Below are positions 36,101 through 45,431 of a DNA stretch of 64,000 nucleotides, in pieces; the stretch's first letter is position 1, and every line of letters starts with the position of its first letter. The notes under the pieces were generated by a model. The model did not search any database. It was given only the letters and a program-made list of their open reading frames with translations, and was not told where the DNA came from. The stretch spans positions 3,642 through 67,641 of the forward strand of contig CAYVUY010000001.1 in NCBI GenBank assembly GCA_964455195.1, read 5' to 3'. The position numbers were made by a program, and so were the translations under genes. Source of the DNA: an uncultured Candidatus Saccharibacteria bacterium. GTDB lineage: Bacteria > Patescibacteriota > Minisyncoccia > Phycocordibacterales > UBA5272.

Positions 36101-37180
36101 ATGGAAGAAACAAAACAAGTAGTAGATACACCAGTTCTTAAGAACGAGGATATCGTAGAAGGTTCTGTCGTAGCTATCGAGAAAGCTGCATTATATGTAG
36201 ATCTCGGTAACTTCGGTACAGGTATTATTTATGGTATCGAGTTCATGAATGCTCGTGACGTTATCAAGCGTATCAACATTGGAGATTCTATCTCTGCTAA
36301 AGTTGTAATGCGTGAAAATGAGAACGGCTATGTAGAACTTTCACTTAAGGAAGCTCGCCAAGCTCTCATTTGGTCTGATGCAGAAGTTGCTATTCGTGAG
36401 AAGCGTATCGTTGATATCGTCGTTAAAGACGCTAACAAGGGTGGTCTTATTCTCGATTGGCAAGGCATCATGGGATTCCTCCCTGCATCACAGCTTAAGG
36501 AAGAAAATTATCCTCGCATCGAAGATGGAGATAAGGACAAGATTATGCGTGAATTAAAGAAGCTTATCGGTAAGCGTCTTTCAGTAATGATGATTAACGC
36601 TATTCCAAAAGAAGGTAAGCTTATCTTCTCAGAAAAGGATAGTAAGGGTGGAGCAACTGGAGGTTCTACAAACAAGGAAAAGGGTGAAATCACCTCTGGT
36701 TCTTATGTTGTAGGTGATGAAGTAGACGGTACTGTAACAGGTGTTGTTGAATTCGGAATCTTCGTACGTCTCGAAGAAGGTGTGGAAGGTCTTGTACACA
36801 AGAGTGAAATTGATTGGGGTCTTGTAGAAGATACTAAGGCATACGCTCGTGTAGGAGATAAGGTTCGCGCTAAGATTATCGAGATTAAGGATGGTAAGAT
36901 TTCTCTTTCTATGAAAGCTCTTAAGCAAAACCCATGGAAAGAAGCTGCCGCTAAATACAAGAAAGGTGATGCTGTCACCGGTGTTGTTATCAAGTTCAAC
37001 AAGCATGGTGCACTCGTTTCTGTAGAAGAAGGAGTGGCTGGTCTTGTGCATGTATCTGATTTCGGAGATGAAGAGAAGCTTCGCGCTACTCTTTCACTTG
37101 GAAAGAGCTACAACTTCAGTATCACACTCTTTGATGCTGACGAAGAAAGAATGACTCTTTCTTTTGCAGACAAGAAATAA
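36101..37180 (+). CDS. rpsA: 30S ribosomal protein S1 (four S1 domains, short form)
   Basis: Repeated S1-domain pattern (G.VV.G.V......GA.V.L..GV.G..H.S). Start chosen at MEETKQV. Long structured leader upstream. Confidence 0.9.
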   Translation: MEETKQVVDTPVLKNEDIVEGSVVAIEKAALYVDLGNFGTGIIYGIEFMNARDVIKRINIGDSISAKVVMRENENGYVELSLKEARQALIWSDAEVAIREKRIVDIVVKDANKGGLILDWQGIMGFLPASQLKEENYPRIEDGDKDKIMRELKKLIGKRLSVMMINAIPKEGKLIFSEKDSKGGATGGSTNKEKGEITSGSYVVGDEVDGTVTGVVEFGIFVRLEEGVEGLVHKSEIDWGLVEDTKAYARVGDKVRAKIIEIKDGKISLSMKALKQNPWKEAAAKYKKGDAVTGVVIKFNKHGALVSVEEGVAGLVHVSDFGDEEKLRATLSLGKSYNFSITLFDADEERMTLSFADKK

Positions 37181-37205
37181 CTAGTTTAAAACGTTTAAAG
37201 TTTGT

Positions 37206-37247
37206 ACATAATAAAAGCATCACTACACAGTGATGCTTTTATTATGT
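37206..37247. terminator. Long A/T-armed hairpin terminator
   Basis: acataataaaagcatcact-acac-agtgatgcttttattatgt. Confidence 0.6.
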
Positions 37248-37260
37248 GTATCAACAAAAT

Positions 37261-38250
37261 CTAGGCGTATTGTTTTTTCCTTCTGCCGATATAAAAAACG
37301 TGATTCTCTTTATGGATTTCCCTAACACTCCTTACTAGAGAAATATTATTCGTAAGTATTAAATCTTCTGATTCCCCTAACTGTAAAACATATTCCTTTT
37401 CTGAATCAAAAGAAGAGGAATGTAAAATAGAAACCGCCTCCTCTAGAATTCTTTTTGAATAATGAACGGTGATTTTATCACTGAACATATAAACATCCTT
37501 CGGTATAGCAATAGTATTTTGTGGAACTTTTTCTATCTCACGTCTTAACCCATCAATAGCAACACAGATTTCATCATATCTAGTCCAATCTTCCTCTTCT
37601 AGGACCTGAGCAACTTCTTTACTTATTCTTTCTGTGCTTTTAGCTCTCCCAAAATCAATAACATAAGGAAGCCCTGACTCTTTATCAATCATGATATTTC
37701 TTGCGAATAAATCTCCGTGAACTATATTCTTTTTTGCATGTAAAGAATCTACATAATCTGACACTATATCCAAGAATAAATCATAATCAAACCCTTCTGG
37801 TAATTGTTCTGTTCCATTAAAAATATGCTGTAGATTAACTGCATTTAATTTTTCCATAACAATAATAGCGGTATCCCCTGTCTCAATACACATTTCCGCA
37901 ACTGGAGTTCGACAACCACGCAAATTTAATCCTCTTACTTTTTCCATAAAATTAAATTCTTGAAGTGGTGAAGCTCCCAAATCATAGTGTGTAGCATTCG
38001 GTAATGAGTGTCTATTTTTCATAATCTTGAAACAAGATTTTTTTTGATTCGGCATATCGTACACTCGGGCAGCTCCACCATTATCAATAAAATTTCCTTG
38101 ATCTTGTGCAAGTGAAGCTAAGTACTGTGTATATTCTAAAGATTTCTTTTCTTCCAAAGAAGGCATTTGATTGCTTAATTCGAAACGAATTACTGATGCC
38201 TTAGCATTAGTCTCCATTGTATTTTCGCGTGATGGTCCTTGTTCAAACAT
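37261..38250 (-). CDS. Protein kinase-like (PKL) superfamily protein (Kdo/WaaP/RIO/ePK-like fold)
   Basis: Gly-rich GGAARVY. Lysine motif FKIMK. Catalytic loop IVHGDLFARNIMI. DFG (VIDFGRAK). Confidence 0.65.
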   Translation of the reverse strand: MFEQGPSRENTMETNAKASVIRFELSNQMPSLEEKKSLEYTQYLASLAQDQGNFIDNGGAARVYDMPNQKKSCFKIMKNRHSLPNATHYDLGASPLQEFNFMEKVRGLNLRGCRTPVAEMCIETGDTAIIVMEKLNAVNLQHIFNGTEQLPEGFDYDLFLDIVSDYVDSLHAKKNIVHGDLFARNIMIDKESGLPYVIDFGRAKSTERISKEVAQVLEEEDWTRYDEICVAIDGLRREIEKVPQNTIAIPKDVYMFSDKITVHYSKRILEEAVSILHSSSFDSEKEYVLQLGESEDLILTNNISLVRSVREIHKENHVFYIGRRKKQYA

Positions 38251-38255
38251 ATATT

Positions 38256-38780
38256 TTAATTAAATCTTTCCATTGCTTTCATATACCCATTCTCTACTAT
38301 TTCTGTGAGAGCATACTCAACACGTCTAGAAATAAGCTTTAACTCTTTCATTTCTTCCTCTGTGAAGTTACCAAGCACATACTTTTGCACTTCATCTCCA
38401 TGTGGAGGAGTTGCGCTCTCTGTAAGCATTTCTTTCGGTCCTATTCCAATACGAAGACGTATAAAAGCTGTTGTGCCTAATGCTTCTATTATACTCTTCA
38501 CACCGTTGTGTCCTCCATCACCCCTATCATAAGAGATACGAATAGTACCTAAAGGTAAATCTTTATCGTCATAGAGTATGACAAGTTCTCTGTCATTGTG
38601 ATACTTAAGGTACTCGTAGATAGCAACTCCTGACTCATTCATGAATGTTGTCGGAATAAATAACTCCATACGCTTTTCATCTATCGTAATTTCACCACAC
38701 ACAATACGTCCAGCATTGTGACGGGTGTTCTCATACTGCTTACCTGGGTTTCCGAGTGGCACTAACGTATACATAATCAT
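38256..38780 (-). CDS. pth: Peptidyl-tRNA hydrolase
   Basis: LVPLGNPGKQYENTRHNAGR ... GHNGVKS. Confidence 0.9.
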   Translation of the reverse strand: MIMYTLVPLGNPGKQYENTRHNAGRIVCGEITIDEKRMELFIPTTFMNESGVAIYEYLKYHNDRELVILYDDKDLPLGTIRISYDRGDGGHNGVKSIIEALGTTAFIRLRIGIGPKEMLTESATPPHGDEVQKYVLGNFTEEEMKELKLISRRVEYALTEIVENGYMKAMERFN

Positions 38781-38945
38781 AAAAGTGTATCACAAAAAAC
38801 AAAGAGTTATTTTGATAGAAATAGCGATTATGTTTTTGCGATGCCGAAGTAATTAGTATTTATGAGCTTTACGAAATAAATATTTTAGTACTAGCGGCAC
38901 ACGTCACGTTGCAGTGCATCGCAAGAACGATTATACTGATGCAAC

Positions 38946-39674
38946 ATGACACCTTCGCTGCTAGAATTACTGACAGAATCGTTCACCGACATGACCCAGA
39001 ATGATGTGAGTATGCTCGTCATCGCGATACTTATCATCATCATTGCATCTTTGGTCACTGCGATGTTTTCTCCTCATGTTCGTAAGCTCCTCGTACGTCT
39101 TCGCTTATTAGAAAAAGATGAAACCCCTGGCTCACTACTTACTTGGGTAATAGGAATTATTATTGCAGTAAAAATCTTCCAAGCTTTTATTATTCAACCT
39201 TTTATTGTAGATGGAGCATCTATGCTTGCAACCTTCCATGATAAAGAATTCCTTCTTGTGGACAAAATAAGCTATATGATTCACCCCGCTTCACGTGGGG
39301 ACGTAGTTATTTTCAAACTCTATGAAAATATTGGTGGTGAATACGGGGGAAGATATCTTATTAAACGCATCATTGGTCTTCCTGGTGAACACGTAGTAGT
39401 AAAAGATGGTGTTACAACTATCTACAATGATGCTCATAAAGATGGTTTTATTGTAGATGAATCATTCGTTACGTATAAAGATCCAAAACATGATGCTGAT
39501 GTAGAGCTTGGCAAAGATCAATATTTCGTCATGGGTGATAATCGAAGCGTAAGTTATGATAGCCGCTTCTGGGGAGCATTACCTTCATCTCAATTACGTG
39601 GCCGGGCCCTTGTGCGATTACTACCATTTGGAGTATTCTCAATATATCCAGGAAGTTACAGTTACGATAAATAA
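38946..39674 (+). CDS. lepB: Signal peptidase I
   Basis: GASMLATF (Ser box). RGDVVIFK. YLIKRIIGLPGE. VMGDNRSVSYDSRFWG. Confidence 0.9.
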   Translation: MTPSLLELLTESFTDMTQNDVSMLVIAILIIIIASLVTAMFSPHVRKLLVRLRLLEKDETPGSLLTWVIGIIIAVKIFQAFIIQPFIVDGASMLATFHDKEFLLVDKISYMIHPASRGDVVIFKLYENIGGEYGGRYLIKRIIGLPGEHVVVKDGVTTIYNDAHKDGFIVDESFVTYKDPKHDADVELGKDQYFVMGDNRSVSYDSRFWGALPSSQLRGRALVRLLPFGVFSIYPGSYSYDK

Positions 39675-39698
39675 AAAATAAATTTTAATATTCAAGTT

Positions 39699-41006
39699 AT
39701 GAGTCAACCAGATAAAAATACAAAGAAAGAAGTTCCAACATCACTTAAAGGAATGTTCGATCTTATAGGTGATGAATATTACCGCTACCAAGGACTTTTC
39801 GAAAAGGCTCAGGAAGTTGCTGTGTACTACGGATTCAAACCTATTGAAACTCCAATTCTTGAAAAGGAAGATGTGTTCATTTCCGCTATTGGTGAAGGAA
39901 CTGATGTTGTCGATAAAGAAATGTATGCATTTAGCTCCAAAGGACGTGATCGTTTAGCGCTTCGCCCAGAATATACTGCATCTGTCATGCGTGCATATCT
40001 AGAACATGGCATGCAAACACTTCCTCAGCCAGTACTTCTTTACTCATATGGACAACTTTTCCGCCACGAAAACCCACAGCGAGGGCGCCTTCGCCAATTA
40101 CGACAATTCAATATTGAAATTCTAGGAACAACCAAGAGTATCGCTGATGCTCTTGTGATTAGAACACTGATGACTATTTTGGAAGAGTTTGGTTTCGAAG
40201 ATTTAATGATTGATATTAATAGCATGGGAGATAAAGAAACTCGACCAGCATATATAAAAGAACTAACCAACTACTATAAGAAACACATTGGTTCAATGTG
40301 TAAAAACTGCCAAGAAAGAATTAAAGTTAATCCTCTACGCCTCCTTGATTGTAAAGAAGTAGAGTGTCAACCATTTAAAGAAGCAGCTCCAACATCGCTT
40401 TCATTCTTATCATCTGATGCACGTCATCACTTCAAAGAAGTACTTCAATACCTAGAAGAAATGGGTATTCCGTATCGTATGAATCACACACTTGTACGCG
40501 GACTTTCATATTATTCTCGTACTGTGTTTGAAGTAATTAAAATTGATAAAGATGAGAATGGTAATGAAAAAGAAATAACCATTACTGGTGGTGGTCGCTA
40601 TGATTATCTCGCGAAAGATATGGGTTCTAAGAAAGATGTCCCTGCTGTAGGTACAGCGCTTGGTATTGATCGTATTCTCATGTTCCCTGAATGTAAGAAA
40701 TTGATGCCACGCATAATGAAAACACCTAAAGTGTATTTCATACAACTTGGGTTCGAGGCCAAACTAAAGAGTCTCTGTGTTATCGAAGTGCTTCGCAAAG
40801 CAAAGATTCCAGTTCACCAATCAATTTCAAAAGACTCACTCTCGATACAGCTAGCACTTGCTGAAAAAATGGAGGTACCATACTGCATCATCTTCGGACA
40901 AAAAGAAGCGATGGATAATACAGTAATAGTACGCGACATGAAAACTCACTCTCAAGACACTGTAAAAATCGACGCACTCTCTGATTACATCAAGCATTTG
41001 AAATAA
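39699..41006 (+). CDS. hisS: Histidine--tRNA ligase
   Basis: Class II motif 2: FRHENPQRGRLRQFRQFNIEILG. Motif 3: GGGRYD. Confidence 0.95.
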   Translation: MSQPDKNTKKEVPTSLKGMFDLIGDEYYRYQGLFEKAQEVAVYYGFKPIETPILEKEDVFISAIGEGTDVVDKEMYAFSSKGRDRLALRPEYTASVMRAYLEHGMQTLPQPVLLYSYGQLFRHENPQRGRLRQLRQFNIEILGTTKSIADALVIRTLMTILEEFGFEDLMIDINSMGDKETRPAYIKELTNYYKKHIGSMCKNCQERIKVNPLRLLDCKEVECQPFKEAAPTSLSFLSSDARHHFKEVLQYLEEMGIPYRMNHTLVRGLSYYSRTVFEVIKIDKDENGNEKEITITGGGRYDYLAKDMGSKKDVPAVGTALGIDRILMFPECKKLMPRIMKTPKVYFIQLGFEAKLKSLCVIEVLRKAKIPVHQSISKDSLSIQLALAEKMEVPYCIIFGQKEAMDNTVIVRDMKTHSQDTVKIDALSDYIKHLK

Positions 41007-41010
41007 AATT

Positions 41011-41042
41011 AAAAAACCGATACCTCAAGGTATCGGTTTTTT
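41011..41042. terminator. Bidirectional intrinsic terminator after hisS
   Basis: aaaaaaccgatacc-tcaa-ggtatcggtttttt. Confidence 0.6.
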
Positions 41043-41164
41043 AATTTTATTTCACTTCGATTTTCCACATCCAGTGGAAAGTCGAAGTTTAGTCACTAAA
41101 TGACACGACGGTCACTTTAGGTGTATAATCCAATTGAACAAATAACCAATCGGGGGTAGTTGCT

Positions 41165-41626
41165 ATGAGCACTGTGCACACTGTGAAGAGCTTTACCCAA
41201 TCTTTGGTTGGGTCGACATGCCTTGTCTACTGGCTTCAGCACTACGGCATCGGCGGGAGGCGATTCAAACATAACATCGGAATTGGAGTTATCACAAAAA
41301 TAGATACGAAGACTGTTTCGTTTGCTTTTCTTCTCACTCGAACGCGGGACTTTAATGACGGAACATTTTCGGCAATGACCCAAACGCGTGGGAATGATGC
41401 TGAGCGTATCATGATTTTGAAAAAGCATCCGACGCGCAAGCAATACGGCCAGAACGTCTCCTACCGGTACATTATAGATTGCCACCTGATTACGGAAGAC
41501 GAGGAGGCTCTCAAGGCTACCCTACTTGCGAACTTGAGCTGGGTAGGCAGAAAAGAAATTGCAGAGATTGTCAGGCTTTTACCGAAACTTCACGAAGATT
41601 GTGCGAAGTACGCAAAAAGTCTGTAA
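41165..41626 (+). CDS. Hypothetical protein, 153 aa, in a GC-enriched islet. An antisense ORF is also open.
   Basis: Upstream TGACAC-17-TATAAT promoter-like element (41104-41129) and a G-rich RBS. Strong terminator downstream. Confidence 0.45.
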   Translation: MSTVHTVKSFTQSLVGSTCLVYWLQHYGIGGRRFKHNIGIGVITKIDTKTVSFAFLLTRTRDFNDGTFSAMTQTRGNDAERIMILKKHPTRKQYGQNVSYRYIIDCHLITEDEEALKATLLANLSWVGRKEIAEIVRLLPKLHEDCAKYAKSL

Positions 41627-41643
41627 CTGGAAGCGCCTGCCAT

Positions 41644-41678
41644 CGCGGCACTCAATAACCCTGAGTGCCGCGTTTTTT
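41644..41678. terminator. Intrinsic terminator
   Basis: cgcggcactc-aataaccct-gagtgccgcg-tttttt. Confidence 0.65.
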
Positions 41679-41740
41679 CATCCTGTTTTCCTTACCGACC
41701 TTGTATATTTTGTAAATATATAGTAGAATTGTGCCTACAT

Positions 41741-41986
41741 ATGTCAAACATTAACGTAGAAGTAAAGAAGACCCAAACTGAGAACATTCAAGGTCTTATT
41801 CGTCGCTTCCAAAAAAGAGTTCAAGAATCAGGAGTTCTCCCACGAGTACGTAGTATTCGTTACAACGATCGCCCTCTTTCTACTCTAAAAACCAAGCGCG
41901 CTAAGCTCAAAAAGATTGCCAACACTCTAAAGTACGAAAAAGCAAAGAAAATGGGTAAGGTTATCGAAAAGAAGAAACGCAGATAA
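41741..41986 (+). CDS. rpsU: 30S ribosomal protein S21
   Basis: ...IRRFQKRVQESGVLPRVRSIRYNDRPLSTLKTKRAKLKK... matches the bS21 consensus (ALRRFKR..EKAGVL.E.RRR.FYEKP...RKR). Confidence 0.8.
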   Translation: MSNINVEVKKTQTENIQGLIRRFQKRVQESGVLPRVRSIRYNDRPLSTLKTKRAKLKKIANTLKYEKAKKMGKVIEKKKRR

Positions 41987-41988
41987 TT

Positions 41989-42417
41989 ATGTCTATAAGT
42001 GAGCAAAAAAATCTCACGGTTATCAGGAAAAATGGTACGCTCCCGAGTGTGCCATTTCTTGCTATTAAGGAAAAGATTCTTGGCAAGCGTTATGCTCTCA
42101 CTATTATTTTTTGTACTCCGAAAGAATCAAAAGAAAAAAACAAAGCCTATCGTGGTAAGGATTATCCAACGAACATTCTCTCTTTCCCCTTATCAGAAAC
42201 TGAAGGAGAAATGTACATTTCACTTTCTACAGCAAGAAAAGATGCTAAGAACTTCGAGATGACACACTTAGAATTCCTTCATTTACTTATTGTTCATGGA
42301 GCACTTCATTTGAAAGGATACGACCATGGTAGTACAATGGAAGGATTGGAAGATACTTACCTTTCACATTTTTATACACGTGGCAAAAATAAAAGAACAA
42401 ATACTCATAGGGGTTGA
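41989..42417 (+). CDS. ybeY: rRNA maturation endoribonuclease YbeY
   Basis: HLLIVHGALHLKGYDH (H3xH5xH metal-binding motif). Confidence 0.85.
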   Translation: MSISEQKNLTVIRKNGTLPSVPFLAIKEKILGKRYALTIIFCTPKESKEKNKAYRGKDYPTNILSFPLSETEGEMYISLSTARKDAKNFEMTHLEFLHLLIVHGALHLKGYDHGSTMEGLEDTYLSHFYTRGKNKRTNTHRG

Positions 42418-43549
42418 TATCGGTAGCACATGGATTCGTGGTGTTGTTACACGACAAATGTCTAACGAGCGCTACAAAGAAGTAATCGCCACATATAAAC
42501 TCCCTCTTGAAGGAGTAGACAAAGGTAACGTTACTGATCCTATACTCGTAGCTGAAACATTTCGTGAACTAATACACACACTAGAAAAAGGTGGTGGTGA
42601 AAATCCAGATGGTATAGTTGTTTCTCTTGGTGGGTCTCATATTCATTCGACACATTCAAATGGTCATACCCTGATCTCACGAGGAGATGGGAGTGTATCT
42701 GATATAGATATTGAGAAAGCGCTTAAAGATGCAGAAAAAAGTGTCTTTGATGTGAAAAACAAAATGATTCTTCACACCATCCCTCTTCGTTTCAAGTTAG
42801 ATGGCCAAGAAGTAAGTGGTAATATCATGGGACTTCATGGACACAAGCTAGAAGTGAAAGCTCTCTTTATCACCTACCCTAAGCAATACTTCGCAACCTT
42901 ACAAAACGCTCTTGAGAAAACAAACCTAGAAATCAGCGATGTGATTGCTGGCCCTATAGCAGAAAGTGTCTGTCTTTTAAGTAGAAAGCAGAAAATGGCA
43001 GGAACTGCAGTCATTAACATAGGAAGTGACACCACTTCACTTCTTGTCTATGAGAACAACCTCCCTCTTGTTGTGTCTGTACTTCCGGTTGGTGGTAATG
43101 ACATTACCAAAGACATCGCTCTTGGACTTAAAATTTCACTTGAAGAGGCTGAGGATATCAAATGTGGTAACACCACACTTATGTATTCGAAACGCCGAGT
43201 AGATGAAATCATTGAAGCACGTATCGAAGATATTTGTGAAAAAATAAATAGAGAGCTTGATAGAATTCATAGACGAGAATTACTCCCTGCTGGAGTAGTA
43301 GTGCTCGGAGATGCAACATTAATTCCTCGTATTGATTACACGATGAGATACACAATGAAGCTTCCAATAAAAATAGCAAATAATGAATTAGTTCCGATAA
43401 GTAATGGAACACTTACTGATTCTTCGTGGGCTAGATGTTACGGGCTTACATTCTTAGCTCCAGAAATTAAAGAACATGTTATTTTGGGAGCTTTTTTCAA
43501 GAGATTAACAACAACACTTAAGCGATTTTTTGTCCAATTTTTGCCATAA
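42380..43549 (+). CDS. ftsA: Cell division protein FtsA (actin-like ATPase)
   Basis: IGVDIGSTWIRGVV phosphate-1 motif. DKGNVTD. Immediately upstream of ftsZ. GTG start chosen. Confidence 0.85.
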   Translation: MAKIKEQILIGVDIGSTWIRGVVTRQMSNERYKEVIATYKLPLEGVDKGNVTDPILVAETFRELIHTLEKGGGENPDGIVVSLGGSHIHSTHSNGHTLISRGDGSVSDIDIEKALKDAEKSVFDVKNKMILHTIPLRFKLDGQEVSGNIMGLHGHKLEVKALFITYPKQYFATLQNALEKTNLEISDVIAGPIAESVCLLSRKQKMAGTAVINIGSDTTSLLVYENNLPLVVSVLPVGGNDITKDIALGLKISLEEAEDIKCGNTTLMYSKRRVDEIIEARIEDICEKINRELDRIHRRELLPAGVVVLGDATLIPRIDYTMRYTMKLPIKIANNELVPISNGTLTDSSWARCYGLTFLAPEIKEHVILGAFFKRLTTTLKRFFVQFLP

Positions 43550-43649
43550 TCATTCCTAAAAACCCTTACTTTGCAAGCTTTTTTAATAGTTGGCAAAGAT
43601 TTTTTTATTTTGTTATAGTAAGTACATTATTAACTTCAAAGAACCCCAC

Positions 43650-44909
43650 ATGGCAAAAGTAAACCCAGAAATTGAAAGCTTCGCACGTATTAAAGTAATC
43701 GGTATAGGAGGATCAGGAAAAGGAGCACTGAACCACATGATCAACTCTAAGTTAACAGGTGTTGAGTTCATTGCGATGAACACTGATACCCAAGACTTAC
43801 ATCATTCTCTCGCTGAGAAAAAAATTCACATTGGTAAAAATCTTACCAAAGGTCTCGGTGCGGGTATGGATCCAGAAGTGGGAAAGCGTTCTGCTGAAGA
43901 AACTCGTGAAGAAATTCAAGATGTAATCAAAGGTGCGGATATGGTATTCATCGCCGGGGGTATGGGAGGAGGAACAGGAACAGGTGCTGCTCCAGTAGTA
44001 GCATCTATCGCTAAGAATGAGGGGATACTTACAATAGGAGTAGTTACTAAGCCATTTTTCTTTGAAGGAATGCAACGCATGAAGTTAGCGGAGCAAGGAC
44101 TAGAAGAACTTGAAAAAGAAGTAGACGCACTTATCGTCATCCCTAACGACCGTCTTCTTTCTGTAATTGATAAAAGCACTACAGTAAAGCAAGCCTTTGA
44201 AATGTGTGATGAGGTTTTGAAACAAGCTGTAGAAGGAATTTCAGATATTATTCGTACCGCAGGAACGATTAACCTCGACTTTGCTGATATTAAGAGAATT
44301 CTTAAAGATTCTGGAACAGCGCTTATGGGTGTAGGACGTGGAGCTGGTGAGAACCGTGCTCGTGAAGCAGCCTCAGCAGCTATTAATTCACCATTACTTG
44401 ATGTATCTATACATGGAGCTAAGGGAGTACTGTTCGCTATTTATGGAGCAGATGATCTTGGAATGTTAGAAGTACAAGAAGCTGCGAAGATAATTACTGA
44501 ATCAGTAGACAAGGATGCGAAGGTAATCTTCGGTATCGCACAAGATGCAACTCTTAAGAAGGACGAGGTAAAGGTTACCGTGATTGCTACTGGGTTCCCT
44601 TCAGCATTCTCTAACCGTTCACTTCCAACATTATCACTTGATGAAGACCCTCGCCCTAAAGCAGAGAAAAAGGAAGAATCAATCTTCGGAGACATGCTAC
44701 GTGGTAAGGATTCAAAAGAAACTGTAGCTAAGGAGGAAAAATCTGATTCTCGTATCGAAAACACTATCGAGGATAAGAAGGAAGAAGTAAAAGAAAAAGA
44801 AACCAAAAAGGGAAAAGATGATGATAAGAAATCCCCTTTCAAGTTTGAAGATGAGGATGAAAGTGATGACTGGGATGCTCTCCCACCATTCCTTCGCCGT
44901 AAGAAGTAA
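43650..44909 (+). CDS. ftsZ: Cell division GTPase FtsZ
   Basis: IKVIGIGGSGKGALNHM. Tubulin signature GGGTGTGAAPVVA. Acidic C-terminal tail. Confidence 0.95.
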   Translation: MAKVNPEIESFARIKVIGIGGSGKGALNHMINSKLTGVEFIAMNTDTQDLHHSLAEKKIHIGKNLTKGLGAGMDPEVGKRSAEETREEIQDVIKGADMVFIAGGMGGGTGTGAAPVVASIAKNEGILTIGVVTKPFFFEGMQRMKLAEQGLEELEKEVDALIVIPNDRLLSVIDKSTTVKQAFEMCDEVLKQAVEGISDIIRTAGTINLDFADIKRILKDSGTALMGVGRGAGENRAREAASAAINSPLLDVSIHGAKGVLFAIYGADDLGMLEVQEAAKIITESVDKDAKVIFGIAQDATLKKDEVKVTVIATGFPSAFSNRSLPTLSLDEDPRPKAEKKEESIFGDMLRGKDSKETVAKEEKSDSRIENTIEDKKEEVKEKETKKGKDDDKKSPFKFEDEDESDDWDALPPFLRRKK

Positions 44910-44925
44910 TTAAAAACTAGAAAAG

Positions 44926-44950
44926 CAAAATCCCGCCTAAGCGGGATTTT
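44926..44950. terminator. Bidirectional intrinsic terminator
   Basis: caaaatcccgc-ctaa-gcgggatttt. Confidence 0.6.
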
Positions 44951-44968
44951 ATGTACCAATAAGTTTGA

Positions 44969-45265
44969 CTACTGTCCAAAATATCCGGTACGAACACTGC
45001 GGGACCCACTGACACTGTATGAATCAACCGCTGATCCAAATGCCTGTGGAGCCTCATCGTACTTCATTGAAACCTGACCGCGTAGCAGCATTCTTCGCCT
45101 TGCAAAATCGGTCTCAGGTGGCGCATTCCTAGGAACTGTAGGAAGATGAGTCGCGCAAATCAGCGCGACTAGTGCCTGTACCGCATCTCTTAACTGCTTT
45201 TGCCCTGCGTCGTCATTTTCATTTGCATCCGGTTCTACATGACTGCCATTCGTCACTGTGTTCAT
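44969..45265 (-). CDS. Hypothetical protein (about 98 aa) in a GC-enriched islet
   Basis: GAGGGG RBS 7 nt upstream of MNTVTNG. GC well above flanking genes. Confidence 0.4.
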   Translation of the reverse strand: MNTVTNGSHVEPDANENDDAGQKQLRDAVQALVALICATHLPTVPRNAPPETDFARRRMLLRGQVSMKYDEAPQAFGSAVDSYSVSGSRSVRTGYFGQ

Positions 45266-45431
45266 GTGTCGACCCCTCAACTAGGTTAATTGATTGTTAC
45301 TTCCATAAGCATTTTAACAATTTAAATGGTTTAAGACAAAACAAGAATCTTAGACGTAACTCTTTATAAAATCTCACTGTCATCCGATTTTATTATTTTC
45401 ATGTAAATGAGCTATGGTATACTGACATCCT

